Assembly: GCA_050011355.1 (NCBI GenBank)
Contig: JBEKJG010000006.1
Location: forward strand, 30,640 to 94,639
Reading direction: 5' to 3'
From: Thermoplasmata archaeon
Lineage (GTDB): Archaea > Thermoplasmatota > Thermoplasmata > Lutacidiplasmatales > UBA184
Length of the DNA stretch: 64,000 bases
Shown piece after piece: positions 53,597-63,598 of the stretch. The number at the start of each line of letters is the position of its first letter. Position 1 is the first letter of the stretch. Below the pieces are notes generated by a model. That model ran no database searches and was not told the DNA's origin. It saw only the letters and a program-made list of their open reading frames with translations. A program made the translations under genes and the position numbers.

Positions 53597-55819
53597 TTAC
53601 CGGTAGATTCCCTGGACCGGCTCGGAGCGTTGGGCGCTCCGGTCCCGCTGCAGCCGCTTCTCGTACTCCTCGTACGACCGCAGGGTGTCGGCATCGCAGG
53701 AGGCGTGCACGGCGTGGAGCGCGGACTCGAAATGGGCGCGAGTGACCTTGGACGCCTTGACGTTCTCCCGCAGGGCCGAGAGCCCCGCCTCCCGGCAGAG
53801 CGCCGCAAGGTCGCTTCCGACGTACCCTTCCGTCCGGACCGCGAGGGCGTTCAGGTCGACGTCCTCCGCGAGGGGCATCCGCTTGGTGTGGACCTTCAGG
53901 ATCTCCAGCCGTCCGGGGACGGTCGGGGGCCCGACGTAGAGGAGGCGGTCGAACCGACCCGTCCGGAGCAGCGCCTCGTCCAGGATGTCGGGACGGTTGG
54001 TCGCGGCGATCACCAGCACCCGCTCGAGCGACTCGAGGCCGTCGATCGAGGTGAGGAGCTGGTTGACGATCCGTTCGGTCACGCCGCTCGAATTCTGGAG
54101 TCCGCGTCGCGGGGCGATCGAGTCGATCTCGTCGATGAAGACGATGGACGGGGAGGCCTGGCGGGCCTTCTTGAAGATCATCCGTATCGCTTTCTCGCTC
54201 TCGCCGACCCATTTGCTCATCACCTCGGGGCCCTTCACCGAGATGAAGTTCGCCTGGCTCTCGGTGGCGGCGGCCTTCGCGAGGAGCGTCTTTCCCACTC
54301 CGGGCGGCCCGTAGAGGAGGATCCCCCGGGGAGGCTCGATCCCGATGTGGCGGTACGCCTGGGGGTTCTTGAACGGCAGCTCGACGGACTCTTCGAGCAC
54401 CTTCCGGACCTTGTCGAGTCCGCCGACCTCCTCCCACCGGGTCGATGGGATCTCGATCGTCACGTCCCGCAGGCTCGACGGCTCGATCTGCTTCAGCGCC
54501 TCCCGGAAGTCCTGCTCGGTCACCTTCATCCGCTCGAGCAGCGAGAGGGGGATCGGCTGATCGAAGTCGATCTCGGGCAGGTAGCGCCGGAGGGCCCGCA
54601 TCGCCGCCTCGCGTCCGAGCGAGGAGAGGTCCGCCCCGACGAACCCGTGGCTCTGGGCGGCCAGGTCCTTCAGGAGGCGCTCGCGGTCCTTCTCGGTGCC
54701 TTCGATCGGCATCCCGCGAGTGTGGATCTGGAGGATCTCGAGGCGGCCTTCCTGGGTCGGGACGCCGATCTCGATCTCGCGGTCGAACCTGCCGGGGCGG
54801 CGAAGCGCGGGGTCGATCGCCTCCTCGCGGTTGGTCGCGGCGATGACGATGACGTTCCCCCGGCCGGAGAGCCCGTCCATAAGGGTCAGGAGCTGCGCCA
54901 CGACGCGCCGCTCGACCTCGCCGACGACCTCGTCGCGCCGCGGGGCGATCGAATCGAGCTCGTCGATGAAGATCACGCTCGGCGCGTTCTTCTCGGCCTC
55001 CTCGAACTTCTCCCGGAGCTCCTTCTCGCTCTCCCCGTAGTACTTCGAGATGATCTCGGGACCCTGGATCCCGATGAAGTGGGCCCCCGCCTCGTTGGCG
55101 ACGGCCTTGGCGATCAGGGTCTTTCCCGTTCCGGGGGGTCCGTAGAGCAGCACGCCCTTGGGGGGCGTGATCGCGAGCCGGTCGAACAGCTCGGGATGTT
55201 TGAGCGGCAGCTCGATCATCTCGCGGACGCGGCCCAGTTTCTCCTTCAGGCCGCCGATGTCCTCGTAGGAGATCCGCGGGGCCGCGACCTCGGTCTCGCT
55301 GACCGTCTCCTCCTTGATCGTGATCAGGGTCGCCGGGGCCACCTGGACGAACCCCTTGGGCTGGGTGGCGACGACCATGAACGGCAGCGAGCCGCCCATG
55401 AGGAACACTCCCGGGATGACGAACACGTCGCCGCGCACGAACGGGCGGCGGGCGAGCGCCTTGGCAACGAAGCTCTCGAGGCCGGGCCCGAGGTCCATCC
55501 GCGCGGACCCCGCGTAGATCGGCGCGATCGTCACCGAGTCGGCGTTGGGGCAATCAATCCGCTGGACCGAGATGCGGTCCCCGATGCTGACGCCGGCGTT
55601 GCGACGGACGACGGCCTCGATACGGACCAGCCCCTTGCCCTCGTCGTCGGGCTGCGCGCGGCTGACCACGGCCGGGGTCGCCTTACGGCCCCGGATCTCG
55701 ACCACGTCCCCGAGACCGACCTTCAGTCGCTGGCGGGTCTGGACGTCAAGCCGGGCCGAGCCGAGGCCGATGTCCTGCTGGAACGCTTCGGCGACGCGGA
55801 GGGTGACGGCCTCGCCCAT
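53597..55819 (-). CDS. cdc48: CDC48/VCP-type AAA+ ATPase
   Basis: CDC48 N-domain ([19 protein letters not shown]...GDVVEIRG). D1 [15 protein letters not shown] with FIDELD. D2 [15 protein letters not shown] with FIDEID. Confidence 0.9.
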   Translation of the reverse strand: MGEAVTLRVAEAFQQDIGLGSARLDVQTRQRLKVGLGDVVEIRGRKATPAVVSRAQPDDEGKGLVRIEAVVRRNAGVSIGDRISVQRIDCPNADSVTIAPIYAGSARMDLGPGLESFVAKALARRPFVRGDVFVIPGVFLMGGSLPFMVVATQPKGFVQVAPATLITIKEETVSETEVAAPRISYEDIGGLKEKLGRVREMIELPLKHPELFDRLAITPPKGVLLYGPPGTGKTLIAKAVANEAGAHFIGIQGPEIISKYYGESEKELREKFEEAEKNAPSVIFIDELDSIAPRRDEVVGEVERRVVAQLLTLMDGLSGRGNVIVIAATNREEAIDPALRRPGRFDREIEIGVPTQEGRLEILQIHTRGMPIEGTEKDRERLLKDLAAQSHGFVGADLSSLGREAAMRALRRYLPEIDFDQPIPLSLLERMKVTEQDFREALKQIEPSSLRDVTIEIPSTRWEEVGGLDKVRKVLEESVELPFKNPQAYRHIGIEPPRGILLYGPPGVGKTLLAKAAATESQANFISVKGPEVMSKWVGESEKAIRMIFKKARQASPSIVFIDEIDSIAPRRGLQNSSGVTERIVNQLLTSIDGLESLERVLVIAATNRPDILDEALLRTGRFDRLLYVGPPTVPGRLEILKVHTKRMPLAEDVDLNALAVRTEGYVGSDLAALCREAGLSALRENVKASKVTRAHFESALHAVHASCDADTLRSYEEYEKRLQRDRSAQRSEPVQGIYR

Positions 55820-55847
55820 CGACGGCGCGATTCACCCGTCCCCCGCC

Positions 55848-55853
55848 TAAATA
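55848..55853 (-). promoter_or_regulatory. TATA box (TATTTA on the minus strand) ~31 nt upstream of the cdc48 ATG
   Basis: AT-rich hexamer in the divergent spacer 55820..55958. Confidence 0.4.
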
Positions 55854-55958
55854 GGTGCGCCTCCGCCCGCACTCCTTCCTCGGCAGAAGGGGTCGGCCCG
55901 TCGCGCCGCGGCCTTACGAACGGAAGCGACATATGGAGGGGGGCGCGTCGAACCGGTC

Positions 55959-56879
55959 GTGCCCGCCGCTCCTCCGCCGGTGCCGGTGCTCCTCCGACTG
56001 CTGACGGCGGCCGGCTACCGGATCCAGGTCCGTGGCGAGGCCTCGTTGGCGGTGCGCGTACGGGACCGCCGGGCCGTCGTCCTGGTGGCGGCTACCCGCT
56101 CGCCCGGTGAGCTCGAGGGACTGTTTCCCCCCGACTCGGTCCATCGAACGATCGTCTACGACGACGACCCGGGACCCGTAGCCCGGACCCACGCGGCGGA
56201 CCGCGGCATCGAGATCCTCGACCCTTCCACCCTCGGACCCGCGCTGGGCGAGCTCCTCCTCCCGTCCGCCCCGCCGGACCCCGACCAGACGCCCGGGGGA
56301 CCGACCCTCGAGACCCCGTTCTCCATCCTCCCCGAAGGGAACCGGATCGTTCGGCCCCGCATCGGGCAGGCCGAGGCGGAGCTCCTGGTCGGCGCGGAAG
56401 GTCCGCGGTTCACTCTCCGCCTGGTCCCGTTCTACGTTGCACCGTACCGGGTCCGACCGGCCTCGGCGTACGGAGAACCGGTCAAGATCCTCGACCGCAC
56501 GGTCGCTGTGCACGGGGTCTCCGGGCGGGCGGAGGTCTGGGAGGAGGGCGACCGGGAACTGGTCGCCGAGCTCGACCTCCCACACCAGTTCGTCCCCCCG
56601 GAGGTCTCGGTCTCGGAGGCGGCGGGCCTCGCGCTGGAGGCGATCCGCCGGCACCACACGATCCATGTGGACCACACGGAGCAGCACGACGGGGCGCTCG
56701 TGATCGAGACTCGCCGGGTGCCCCCCGGCCCCGACGACGTGCGGGTCGGCCCGTTGCAGCTCATCTATCTTCCCCACTGGTACGCGGAGGGCCCGCAGGG
56801 ACGGGTCGTCCTGGACGCGGTCACCGGCCGCCGGAACGTCGCCCCGGCCGCACTCCACTCGGGCGCGCCTCCATCGTAA
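55959..56879 (+). CDS. Hypothetical protein
   Basis: 306-aa ORF (GTG start) with coding-like, non-repetitive composition. No family recognised by eye. Confidence 0.5.
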   Translation: MPAAPPPVPVLLRLLTAAGYRIQVRGEASLAVRVRDRRAVVLVAATRSPGELEGLFPPDSVHRTIVYDDDPGPVARTHAADRGIEILDPSTLGPALGELLLPSAPPDPDQTPGGPTLETPFSILPEGNRIVRPRIGQAEAELLVGAEGPRFTLRLVPFYVAPYRVRPASAYGEPVKILDRTVAVHGVSGRAEVWEEGDRELVAELDLPHQFVPPEVSVSEAAGLALEAIRRHHTIHVDHTEQHDGALVIETRRVPPGPDDVRVGPLQLIYLPHWYAEGPQGRVVLDAVTGRRNVAPAALHSGAPPS

Positions 56880-56904
56880 AATACGGTCCTCCGCTCGAGA
56901 CGCC

Positions 56905-57516
56905 GTGCTCCTCGACCAGTATCGCATCGGGCCGGCGCTGAACTTCACCTACCTCGTGGCCGACGCGGAGGGAGGGGAGGGCGTGGTCATCGACCCGTCC
57001 TACGGCATCGACCCGGTCCTGCGCGCGATCGACGCCAAGCACGTCAAGGTCCGGTACATCCTCAACACGCACAGCCACGCCGACCACACCGCCGGGAACG
57101 GGGACGTGAAGTCCCGGACCGGGGCCAAGGTCCTCGCCCACCGCGTCGCTCCGATCGGCCAGGACGTGTCGGTGGACGACGGCGATCGCTTCCGGGTCGG
57201 GCCGCTCTCGTTCGAGGTCGTCCACACGCCGGGCCACACCAAGGACAGCGTCCTCTACATCTTCGAGGGCAACGTCGCCACGGGCGACACGCTGTTCGTC
57301 GGGGAGTGCGGGCGCACGGACCTGCCGGGCGGCGACCCCTCCGAAATGTACGATTCCCTGCTCCACCGGGTGATCCGGTTGGACGACGCGCTGGTCGTCC
57401 TACCGGGTCATGACTACGGCGTCACGCCCACCTCGACGATCGGGCGGGAAAAGCAGGAGAACTACACGCTCCAGCCGCGGACCCGCGAAGAGTTCCTCGC
57501 CTTCCTGCGGGAGTGA
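56905..57516 (+). CDS. MBL-fold metallo-hydrolase (glyoxalase II-like)
   Basis: ILNTHSHADHTAGN (HxHxDH), TPGHT, and GDTLFVGECGRTD. Confidence 0.85.
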   Translation: MLLDQYRIGPALNFTYLVADAEGGEGVVIDPSYGIDPVLRAIDAKHVKVRYILNTHSHADHTAGNGDVKSRTGAKVLAHRVAPIGQDVSVDDGDRFRVGPLSFEVVHTPGHTKDSVLYIFEGNVATGDTLFVGECGRTDLPGGDPSEMYDSLLHRVIRLDDALVVLPGHDYGVTPTSTIGREKQENYTLQPRTREEFLAFLRE

Positions 57517-58090
57517 GGCCGCCCTGCCGCCCCTCCCCGGCCCCGAGGAACGCTCGCTGCGGGCCACGGGGGCCCGCCGCCCCGCCGAGGGCGCTCCACC
57601 CACCGCCGAACTCGTCCGGAAGCTCCGGGAACTCGGTCGGGATTCCGAGGCGCTGGTCGCGCTCTTCGACGCGGCGGCGGTCGCGGGAGAACGGCATCTC
57701 CTCTCGGCCTGGGCCCACCTCGGCCGGTCCCGGGGCCGCGGGGAGTCCCGCCTTCGCGAGCGGGGCGCCGAATTCGCCCTCTACGTCGCGGGGGAGGACC
57801 AGCTCCCGCGCGCGCTCGCCCGTGTCGGGGTCTCGGACGCGACCCGGCAGTTCGTGGTCGTCGCCGAGCGCCCGCTCGACCCGGCGGAGCTCCTCGTGCG
57901 GTTCGGTCTCACGCCCGACCCCACCGCCTACCCCCGGCCCGTCGATGCGGCGATGCTCGAGCGGCTCGGCGTGACCGAGGTCGAGCGGGCCACGGTGCCG
58001 CCCTCCGCCTGGGAGGGACTGGTGCTCGAGCGCGTGGCGCTCGTCGACCTGACCACGCCCTCCGGCCACGGGACGACGGCAAAGCATTAG
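57410..58090 (+). CDS. cgi121: KEOPS subunit Cgi121-like protein (start uncertain)
   Basis: LVALFDAAAV...AEFALYVAGEDQLPRALARVGVSD...QFVVVAE...LVLERVALVDL parallels archaeal Cgi121. ATG 57410 would overlap the MBL gene by 107 nt. The fold seems to begin near CTG 57557. Confidence 0.55.
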   Translation: MTTASRPPRRSGGKSRRTTRSSRGPAKSSSPSCGSEAALPPLPGPEERSLRATGARRPAEGAPPTAELVRKLRELGRDSEALVALFDAAAVAGERHLLSAWAHLGRSRGRGESRLRERGAEFALYVAGEDQLPRALARVGVSDATRQFVVVAERPLDPAELLVRFGLTPDPTAYPRPVDAAMLERLGVTEVERATVPPSAWEGLVLERVALVDLTTPSGHGTTAKH

Positions 58091-58130
58091 TCACGGAAGT
58101 CGGTCCGCGCGACCGTCCGCGGGCGTCCGT

Positions 58131-58232
58131 GCAGGTGTAATCTAGTGGCTAGGATGTCAGCCCTCCAAGCTGACCACCCGGGTTCGAATCGGCGGACCGT
58201 CCCGATCCGCCGCGGATCTCCCGGCACCTGCA
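58131..58232 (+). tRNA. tRNA-Gly (UCC) with a 30-nt insertion in the T-loop and C at position 33
   Basis: Acceptor GCAGGTG/CACCTGC (7/7). D-arm ATCT-AGTGGCTA-GGAT. Anticodon stem TCAGC/GCTGA with loop CCTCCAA (TCC at 58164..58166). T-stem CCGGG (58178-82) and CCCGG (58220-24). TTCGAAT is followed by 30 extra nt (58190..58219). Discriminator A. Confidence 0.6.
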
Positions 58233-58294
58233 CTCCCCGACGCCCGTGGGCCCCGGGCGAGGGTTTATTCCCGCCGGACCCGCTCGCTGTTCGC

Positions 58295-58378
58295 GCTGAG
58301 GTAGCCTAGCCCGGCAAGGCGCCAGCCTTGAAAGCTGGTGGCGTTCGCGCCACGGGAGTTCAAATCTCCCCCTCAGCG
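58295..58378 (+). tRNA. tRNA-Ser (UGA)
   Basis: Acceptor GCTGAGG/CCTCAGC. Anticodon stem CCAGC/GCTGG with loop CTTGAAA. Long variable arm TGGCGTTCGCGCCAC. T-arm GGGAG-TTCAAAT-CTCCC. Discriminator G. Confidence 0.9.
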
Positions 58379-59113
58379 TCCGCCGGGCGCGACCCCGATG
58401 AGCCAGCCCCGGTCCCCGTTCCGGCCCGGGGCCCGCGGCAGCCAGGTGGTCCGCAGTCCGGCCTCCGACAGTAGGCGACGGAGGCGCGCCGACGGAACCA
58501 GACGCAACGCCTCGACCTCGTGCACCCGCCGAACGCCGCGCCCGGCCTCCCCGATGAGGTGGTCGAAGACGATGGTGGAAGTGCTCCCCCGACGCACCGA
58601 GAACCCGGCCCGCACGATCTTGGTCGTGGCGTCCTCGTAGACGGTGAGGCTGATGTGACCGGGGCGGAACTCGCCGGGAGTGAGCCACGGGGAGATCACG
58701 ACCACCCCGCCGGGGAGGAGATGGCGCGCAAAGTTTCGGAAGGTCCGGCTCAAATCGCCGTCGGTCCGGAGGTATCCGATCGCGCTGAACAGACAGCTCA
58801 CGACGTCGAACCGCTCCCCGAGGTCGAACGTCCGCATGTCCCCGACGACCAGTCGGACACCGGGCACGCGCCGTCGCGCGGCCCGCAGCATCGCCCGACT
58901 CAGGTCGATCCCGGTCGCGTCGTAGCGCGATCGGAGGAACTCGAGGTGCCGGCCGGTCCCGCACGCGACGTCCAACCACCGGCGCCCGCGCGTCCGCCCA
59001 TACCGGCGGGCGAGAGCGACGACCCGGGCCGTCTCGCCACGGTAGTCCTTCCACGAGTAGATCCGGTCGTAGTAGGTGGCGAGGTCCCGGTACATCGGGC
59101 TCGATTCGGTCAT
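58373..59113 (-). CDS. Class I SAM-dependent methyltransferase
   Basis: Motif I WLDVACGTGRH, with DLSRAML and VVSCLFSAIGYL. Start set at ATG 59113 (MTESSPMYRDLATYYD). Confidence 0.8.
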   Translation of the reverse strand: MTESSPMYRDLATYYDRIYSWKDYRGETARVVALARRYGRTRGRRWLDVACGTGRHLEFLRSRYDATGIDLSRAMLRAARRRVPGVRLVVGDMRTFDLGERFDVVSCLFSAIGYLRTDGDLSRTFRNFARHLLPGGVVVISPWLTPGEFRPGHISLTVYEDATTKIVRAGFSVRRGSTSTIVFDHLIGEAGRGVRRVHEVEALRLVPSARLRRLLSEAGLRTTWLPRAPGRNGDRGWLIGVAPGGR

Positions 59114-59168
59114 TCGCCCACCGCGGGGGCCCGGCCCGCCCCGCGTTGCGGCCACCCCCGGTCCCGAT

Positions 59169-59174
59169 TATAAG
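59169..59174 (+). promoter_or_regulatory. TATA box (TTATAA) 28 nt upstream of the mutS ATG at 59199
   Basis: Supports the 59199 start rather than the ORF start at 59076. Confidence 0.45.
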
Positions 59175-59198
59175 CGCGGTCCCGCTCGCCGACCGGAC

Positions 59199-61829
59199 AT
59201 GCCCGATACTGCCGCCAGCACGCCGCTCATGGAGCAGTACGAGGGCGTCCGAGCGCGGTATCCGGGCCACCTCGTCCTCTTCCGGGTCGGCGACTTCTAC
59301 GAGACGTTCGGGGAGGATGCCGGCGTCCTCTCTCGGGCCGTCGACGTGGTACTGACCGCCCGCTCGGCGGACGCCCAGGGCGTGCGAATCCCGATGGCGG
59401 GTGTTCCGCACCACGCGATCGACACCTACCTCGGTCGACTGGTCCGCAAGGGGTTCAAGGTCGCCCTGTGCGACCAGGTCGAGGACGCGCGGTTCGCCAA
59501 GGGCCTGGTCCGACGGGAGGTCACGCGGGTCGTCACGCCCGGCACGGTCGTGGAGGACCGCATCCTGGGCGGGCCGGACCACAGCTTCCTCGCGGTCGCG
59601 CGCGAGGGGGAAGCCGCGCCCGGCGAGTTCGCTGCGGTCGACATCACGACCGGAGAGTGGTACCACGGTCGGGGCGACGGACCGGGACCCGAGGGACTCG
59701 CCTCCGCGCTCGCGCCGTTCCAGCCGAGGGAGATCCTGTGGTCGGTCGGTCCGGACGCTCCACCCACGCTGGCCCGGTTGCTCGCGCGGGAGTACCCCGC
59801 CGCCCGACTCGACGTCGCGCCCGCCCCGATGCTCCCCGACGAGCTTCCGGAGCGGGTCCGGGTCGGGTTCCGTGGCGAGGACGCGCTCACGAAAGCCGAC
59901 CTTCAGCTGGCCGCCTACCTTCGGGTGACCCAGCCCCGTCTCCTGCCGCACCTGGAACTAGTCCCCGGCGCGGCCGGCACCCGACGGCTTGCGTTGGACG
60001 CGAAGACGCTCCGACACCTCGAGATCCGTCGACCGATGAACCCGGACGACCCGTCCGGTCCGACCCTGCTCGAGACCTGGGACCTCACGGTGACCGCCCC
60101 CGGCCGGAGGACCCTTGCGTTCTGGCTGTCCAACCCGCTCGCCGATCTCGCCACCGTCCGGGAGCGTCAGGACGCCGTGGCGGCGCTCCTCGGTCGGGGC
60201 GCGTTCCTGGACGAGCTCCGCGCGAAGCTGCACACCGTCGCCGACCTGGCGCGGATCGCGTCGCGGGTAGCCGGCCGACGCGTGCGCCCCCCCGAGCTCG
60301 GGGTCCTGCGCGAAGGCCTCGAGGCGGCCGAGCGACTCTGGCCGCTCCTCGCCGAGGGGGCGGGCAGCGCGCGTCTCGACCGCGTCCGCGATGCGCTCCG
60401 TCCCCCTCCCGAGCTCCTCCAGCTGCTCCAGGTCACGCTGGCCGAGGCGTTGCCGGCCAAGGAGGAGGACGGCGGTCTGTTCCGGGCCGGCCACGCGCCC
60501 GAGGTCGACCGCTGGCGCGGGGCGGAGCAGGGAGCGCTCGCCGAGCTCGGGCAGCTCGAGCGGACCGAGCAGGAGGCGACCGGGATCAAGACCCTCCGCA
60601 TCGCCTACAACCAGGTCTTCGGCTACTACATCGAGGTCACCCGCCCCCATCTGGCCCGGGTCCCGCCGCATTTCCGCCGACGGCAGACCGTCGCCCAGGC
60701 GGAACGGTTCACGAGCGATCGGCTGGAAGAGATCGAGCACCGGATCCTCGAGGCCCGCGAGAAGGCCCGGGACGCCGAGGGGGTCGAGTGGGAGCGACTG
60801 CTCGCCGCGGTCGACGACCACGTACCGGCGGTGCACCGGGTCGCTCGGGCGCTGGGAGAGCTCGACGTCCTCGCGACGTTCGCCCACCTCGCCCAGACCC
60901 GGGGCTACATCCGGCCTACCGTCGACGAATCCGCGGCGCTCGTCATTCGGGACGGGCGTCACCCCGTCCTGGAACGGCTCGACAGTTCCGGGTTCGTCCC
61001 GAACGACACCGAGCTCGACCCCGAGCACGGCCGGCTGATCGTCCTCACCGGCCCGAACATGTCGGGGAAGTCGACCTACATGCGGCAGGTCGGGCTGATC
61101 GTGGTACTCGCCCAGGCGGGGTCGTACGTCCCGGCCCGGTTCGCCCGCATCGGGCTGGTCACCCGCCTGTTCACCCGCATGGGCTTCACCGACGAGATCG
61201 GACGCGGCAAGTCGAGCTTCATGGTGGAGATGAGCGAGGTCGCGGAGATCCTCCACGCCGCCGACGACCGCTCGCTCGTCCTCCTGGACGAGGTCGGCCG
61301 CGGCACGAGCACCTTCGACGGGCTCGCGATCGCGTGGGCCACGGTGCGTCATCTTCACGACCGGACCCGTGCCCGTTGCCTTCTCGCGACCCACTACCAC
61401 CAGCTCACCGAGCTCGTCGGATCCCTGGGCGAGGCACGCAACGCCCACCTCGCCGTGCGCGAGGGACCGGAGGGGATCGTCTTTCTCCATCGGCTGGTCC
61501 CCGGGAGCACCGACCGCAGCTACGGGATCCACGTGGCTCGACTGGCGGGCGTCCCCGAGGATGTGCTCGTCGAGGCGGAGCGTCTGCTTCGCCAACTCGA
61601 GACCGACGGCCTCGTCACAGCGGCCCCGGACCGCCGGTCGGGACGCTCGACGCCCCGGTACACCCAGGCGGTCCTCCTCGCCGAACCGGACCGGACTCCC
61701 GACCCCGTCCTAGCGGAGCTTGCGGCCCTCGACCTCGACGCCCTCTCGCCCGAAGCGGCGCGGCAACGCTTGCGGGAACTCCAAGACCGTGCTCGGCGGA
61801 GCACGACGCCCCGGAAGGACCGTTCATGA
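59199..61829 (+). CDS. mutS: DNA mismatch repair protein MutS (MutS1 type)
   Basis: TPLMEQYEGVRARYPGHLVLFRVGDFYETFGEDA (mismatch-binding F-x-E), Walker A GPNMSGKSTYMRQV, DEVGRGTSTFDG, and ATHYHQLT. Confidence 0.9.
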   Translation: MPDTAASTPLMEQYEGVRARYPGHLVLFRVGDFYETFGEDAGVLSRAVDVVLTARSADAQGVRIPMAGVPHHAIDTYLGRLVRKGFKVALCDQVEDARFAKGLVRREVTRVVTPGTVVEDRILGGPDHSFLAVAREGEAAPGEFAAVDITTGEWYHGRGDGPGPEGLASALAPFQPREILWSVGPDAPPTLARLLAREYPAARLDVAPAPMLPDELPERVRVGFRGEDALTKADLQLAAYLRVTQPRLLPHLELVPGAAGTRRLALDAKTLRHLEIRRPMNPDDPSGPTLLETWDLTVTAPGRRTLAFWLSNPLADLATVRERQDAVAALLGRGAFLDELRAKLHTVADLARIASRVAGRRVRPPELGVLREGLEAAERLWPLLAEGAGSARLDRVRDALRPPPELLQLLQVTLAEALPAKEEDGGLFRAGHAPEVDRWRGAEQGALAELGQLERTEQEATGIKTLRIAYNQVFGYYIEVTRPHLARVPPHFRRRQTVAQAERFTSDRLEEIEHRILEAREKARDAEGVEWERLLAAVDDHVPAVHRVARALGELDVLATFAHLAQTRGYIRPTVDESAALVIRDGRHPVLERLDSSGFVPNDTELDPEHGRLIVLTGPNMSGKSTYMRQVGLIVVLAQAGSYVPARFARIGLVTRLFTRMGFTDEIGRGKSSFMVEMSEVAEILHAADDRSLVLLDEVGRGTSTFDGLAIAWATVRHLHDRTRARCLLATHYHQLTELVGSLGEARNAHLAVREGPEGIVFLHRLVPGSTDRSYGIHVARLAGVPEDVLVEAERLLRQLETDGLVTAAPDRRSGRSTPRYTQAVLLAEPDRTPDPVLAELAALDLDALSPEAARQRLRELQDRARRSTTPRKDRS

Positions 61830-63598
61830 GTCGAATCCCCCGGCCGGCGCGCCGACCCATCCGACGGCTCGACCCCGCCACGGTCGAGCGGATCGCCGCC
61901 GGCGAGGTGGTCGAGCGCCCGGCCTCGGTCGTGAAGGAGCTGGTCGAGAACGCGCTCGACGCGGGAGCGTCCACCGTCTCCGTCACGGTCGAGGACGGCG
62001 GTCTCGCGCGCATCGAGGTTTCCGATGACGGCCAGGGGATCCCCGAGGACGAGCTCCCGCTCGCCGTCGAACGGCATGCGACCAGCAAGCTCGACCCCGC
62101 GGGTCCGGTCGACCGGATCGAGTCCCTCGGTTTCCGGGGAGAAGCCCTGGCCGCGATCGGCACCGTGAGCCGTTTGCGGATCGTCTCTCGCACCCCCGAC
62201 CGCGAGGAGGCGGCCCTCCTCACGGTCGAGGGAGGGGTGGTCGGTCGCCTCGCCCCCGCGGGCCGAGCCGTGGGTACCACCGTCGAAGTGCGTGACCTCT
62301 TCTACAACACGCCGGCTCGACGGAAGTTCCTTCGGAGCCCGGCGGCGGAACAGGTCGAGGTCGTCTCGACCGTCGAGCGGCTGTACCTCGCGCGCCCGGA
62401 CGCCACCTACCGGGTACGCGGTGCGGACCGGGAGCTCGCGGTCTATCCGGCCGCCGCGAGCCTGCGGGACGCCGCGGCGCGCGTGCTCGGCCCTTCGCTG
62501 CTCCGGGAATCGTTCGAGGTCGCAGGGGAGATCCCCGGCGGGCATCTCCGGGGGACGTTGGGCCGCCCGGCCACGGCGACCTCGACCTCGCGCGGGCTCC
62601 ACTTCTCGGTCAACGGACGGACGATCCTCTCCCGGCCGCTCGCGCAGGCGGTGCGCGCCGCCTTCGGAGACTACGTGCCCCGCTCCCGTTTCCCGGTAGG
62701 TGTACTGTCGCTCGAGTTTGCGAGCGACCGCGTCGATGTGAACGTGCATCCCACGAAGCGGGAGGTCCGCTTCGTCCGGGAGCGCGAGCTCGCCGAACGG
62801 ATCCGGGCGCTCGTCCGGGAGGCGCTCCTCTCCTCGCCGGCGGTGGCCGAGCTCGCGGAGAGCCCGCGCCCCGCCGCGCCGGTACGGGGCCGCCCGCCCG
62901 TACGGAGCGGTCCGACGTCGCCTCCCCTCACCCCGGGTCGTCCCGCCTCCCCACGCCAGCGCTCGCTCGTCCCCGCCGCGGACGCTCCCGCCGCTCGGAG
63001 CGTGCCCGCGCGCGGTGCCCATCCCGAGCTCGAGCTGATCGGATGCGTGGGTGCGATCTATTGGGTCGCGGAGTCGGAGGACGGGATCGTGCTCATCGAC
63101 CAACACGCGGCGAGCGAGCGGGTGGTGTACGAGGCCCTCCGCCGGAACGGGACCCTCGCGCGACAGACCCTCATGGCACCGGTCCTCCTCACGCTCTCCG
63201 GCGGGCAGCGGTCGGCGCTGGAGGAGCACGGGGCGGCGGTCCGCGCCGCGGGCTTCGACGTGGACGAGTTCGGACCCGGCACGCACCGCGTGCGCTCCGT
63301 CCCCGCCTACCGCGGCCGCACCGCTCGGCCCGAGGCGTTGGGCGAGCTGCTCACCGAGCTCGCCGAGGGAGGGCGGCCCACGCTCCCGGACGGCCTCGAG
63401 GAGCGCACCGCCGCCTCCATCGCCTGCCACGCGGCGATCCGTGCCGGAGACGTCGTCGAACGGGAGGAGTTCGCCCGCGTCCTCGAGGCGCTCCATGCCC
63501 TCCCCGAGGCCTCCTACTCCTGCCCTCACGGCCGTCCGATCCAGGTGCGGGTCCCGCGCAGCCGGATCGACCGATGGTTCCTCCGCTCGGGCACGTGA
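61826..63598 (+). CDS. mutL: DNA mismatch repair protein MutL with endonuclease motifs
   Basis: The ATG overlaps the mutS stop (ATGA). GHKL ATPase IAAGEVVERPASVVKELVENALDAGAS. Endonuclease DQHAASERVVYE (DQHAx2Ex4E, 63098..63133), ACHAAIR and CPHGRP. Confidence 0.9.
   Translation: MSRIPRPARRPIRRLDPATVERIAAGEVVERPASVVKELVENALDAGASTVSVTVEDGGLARIEVSDDGQGIPEDELPLAVERHATSKLDPAGPVDRIESLGFRGEALAAIGTVSRLRIVSRTPDREEAALLTVEGGVVGRLAPAGRAVGTTVEVRDLFYNTPARRKFLRSPAAEQVEVVSTVERLYLARPDATYRVRGADRELAVYPAAASLRDAAARVLGPSLLRESFEVAGEIPGGHLRGTLGRPATATSTSRGLHFSVNGRTILSRPLAQAVRAAFGDYVPRSRFPVGVLSLEFASDRVDVNVHPTKREVRFVRERELAERIRALVREALLSSPAVAELAESPRPAAPVRGRPPVRSGPTSPPLTPGRPASPRQRSLVPAADAPAARSVPARGAHPELELIGCVGAIYWVAESEDGIVLIDQHAASERVVYEALRRNGTLARQTLMAPVLLTLSGGQRSALEEHGAAVRAAGFDVDEFGPGTHRVRSVPAYRGRTARPEALGELLTELAEGGRPTLPDGLEERTAASIACHAAIRAGDVVEREEFARVLEALHALPEASYSCPHGRPIQVRVPRSRIDRWFLRSGT

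Noticed and set aside
59468-63598. 1376-aa ORF in the track spanning mutS and mutL
   Set aside because: Only the last 590 codons (from ATG 61826) are MutL. The upstream ~780 codons are R/P/G-rich out-of-frame read-through of mutS, typical of stop-poor frames in GC-rich DNA.
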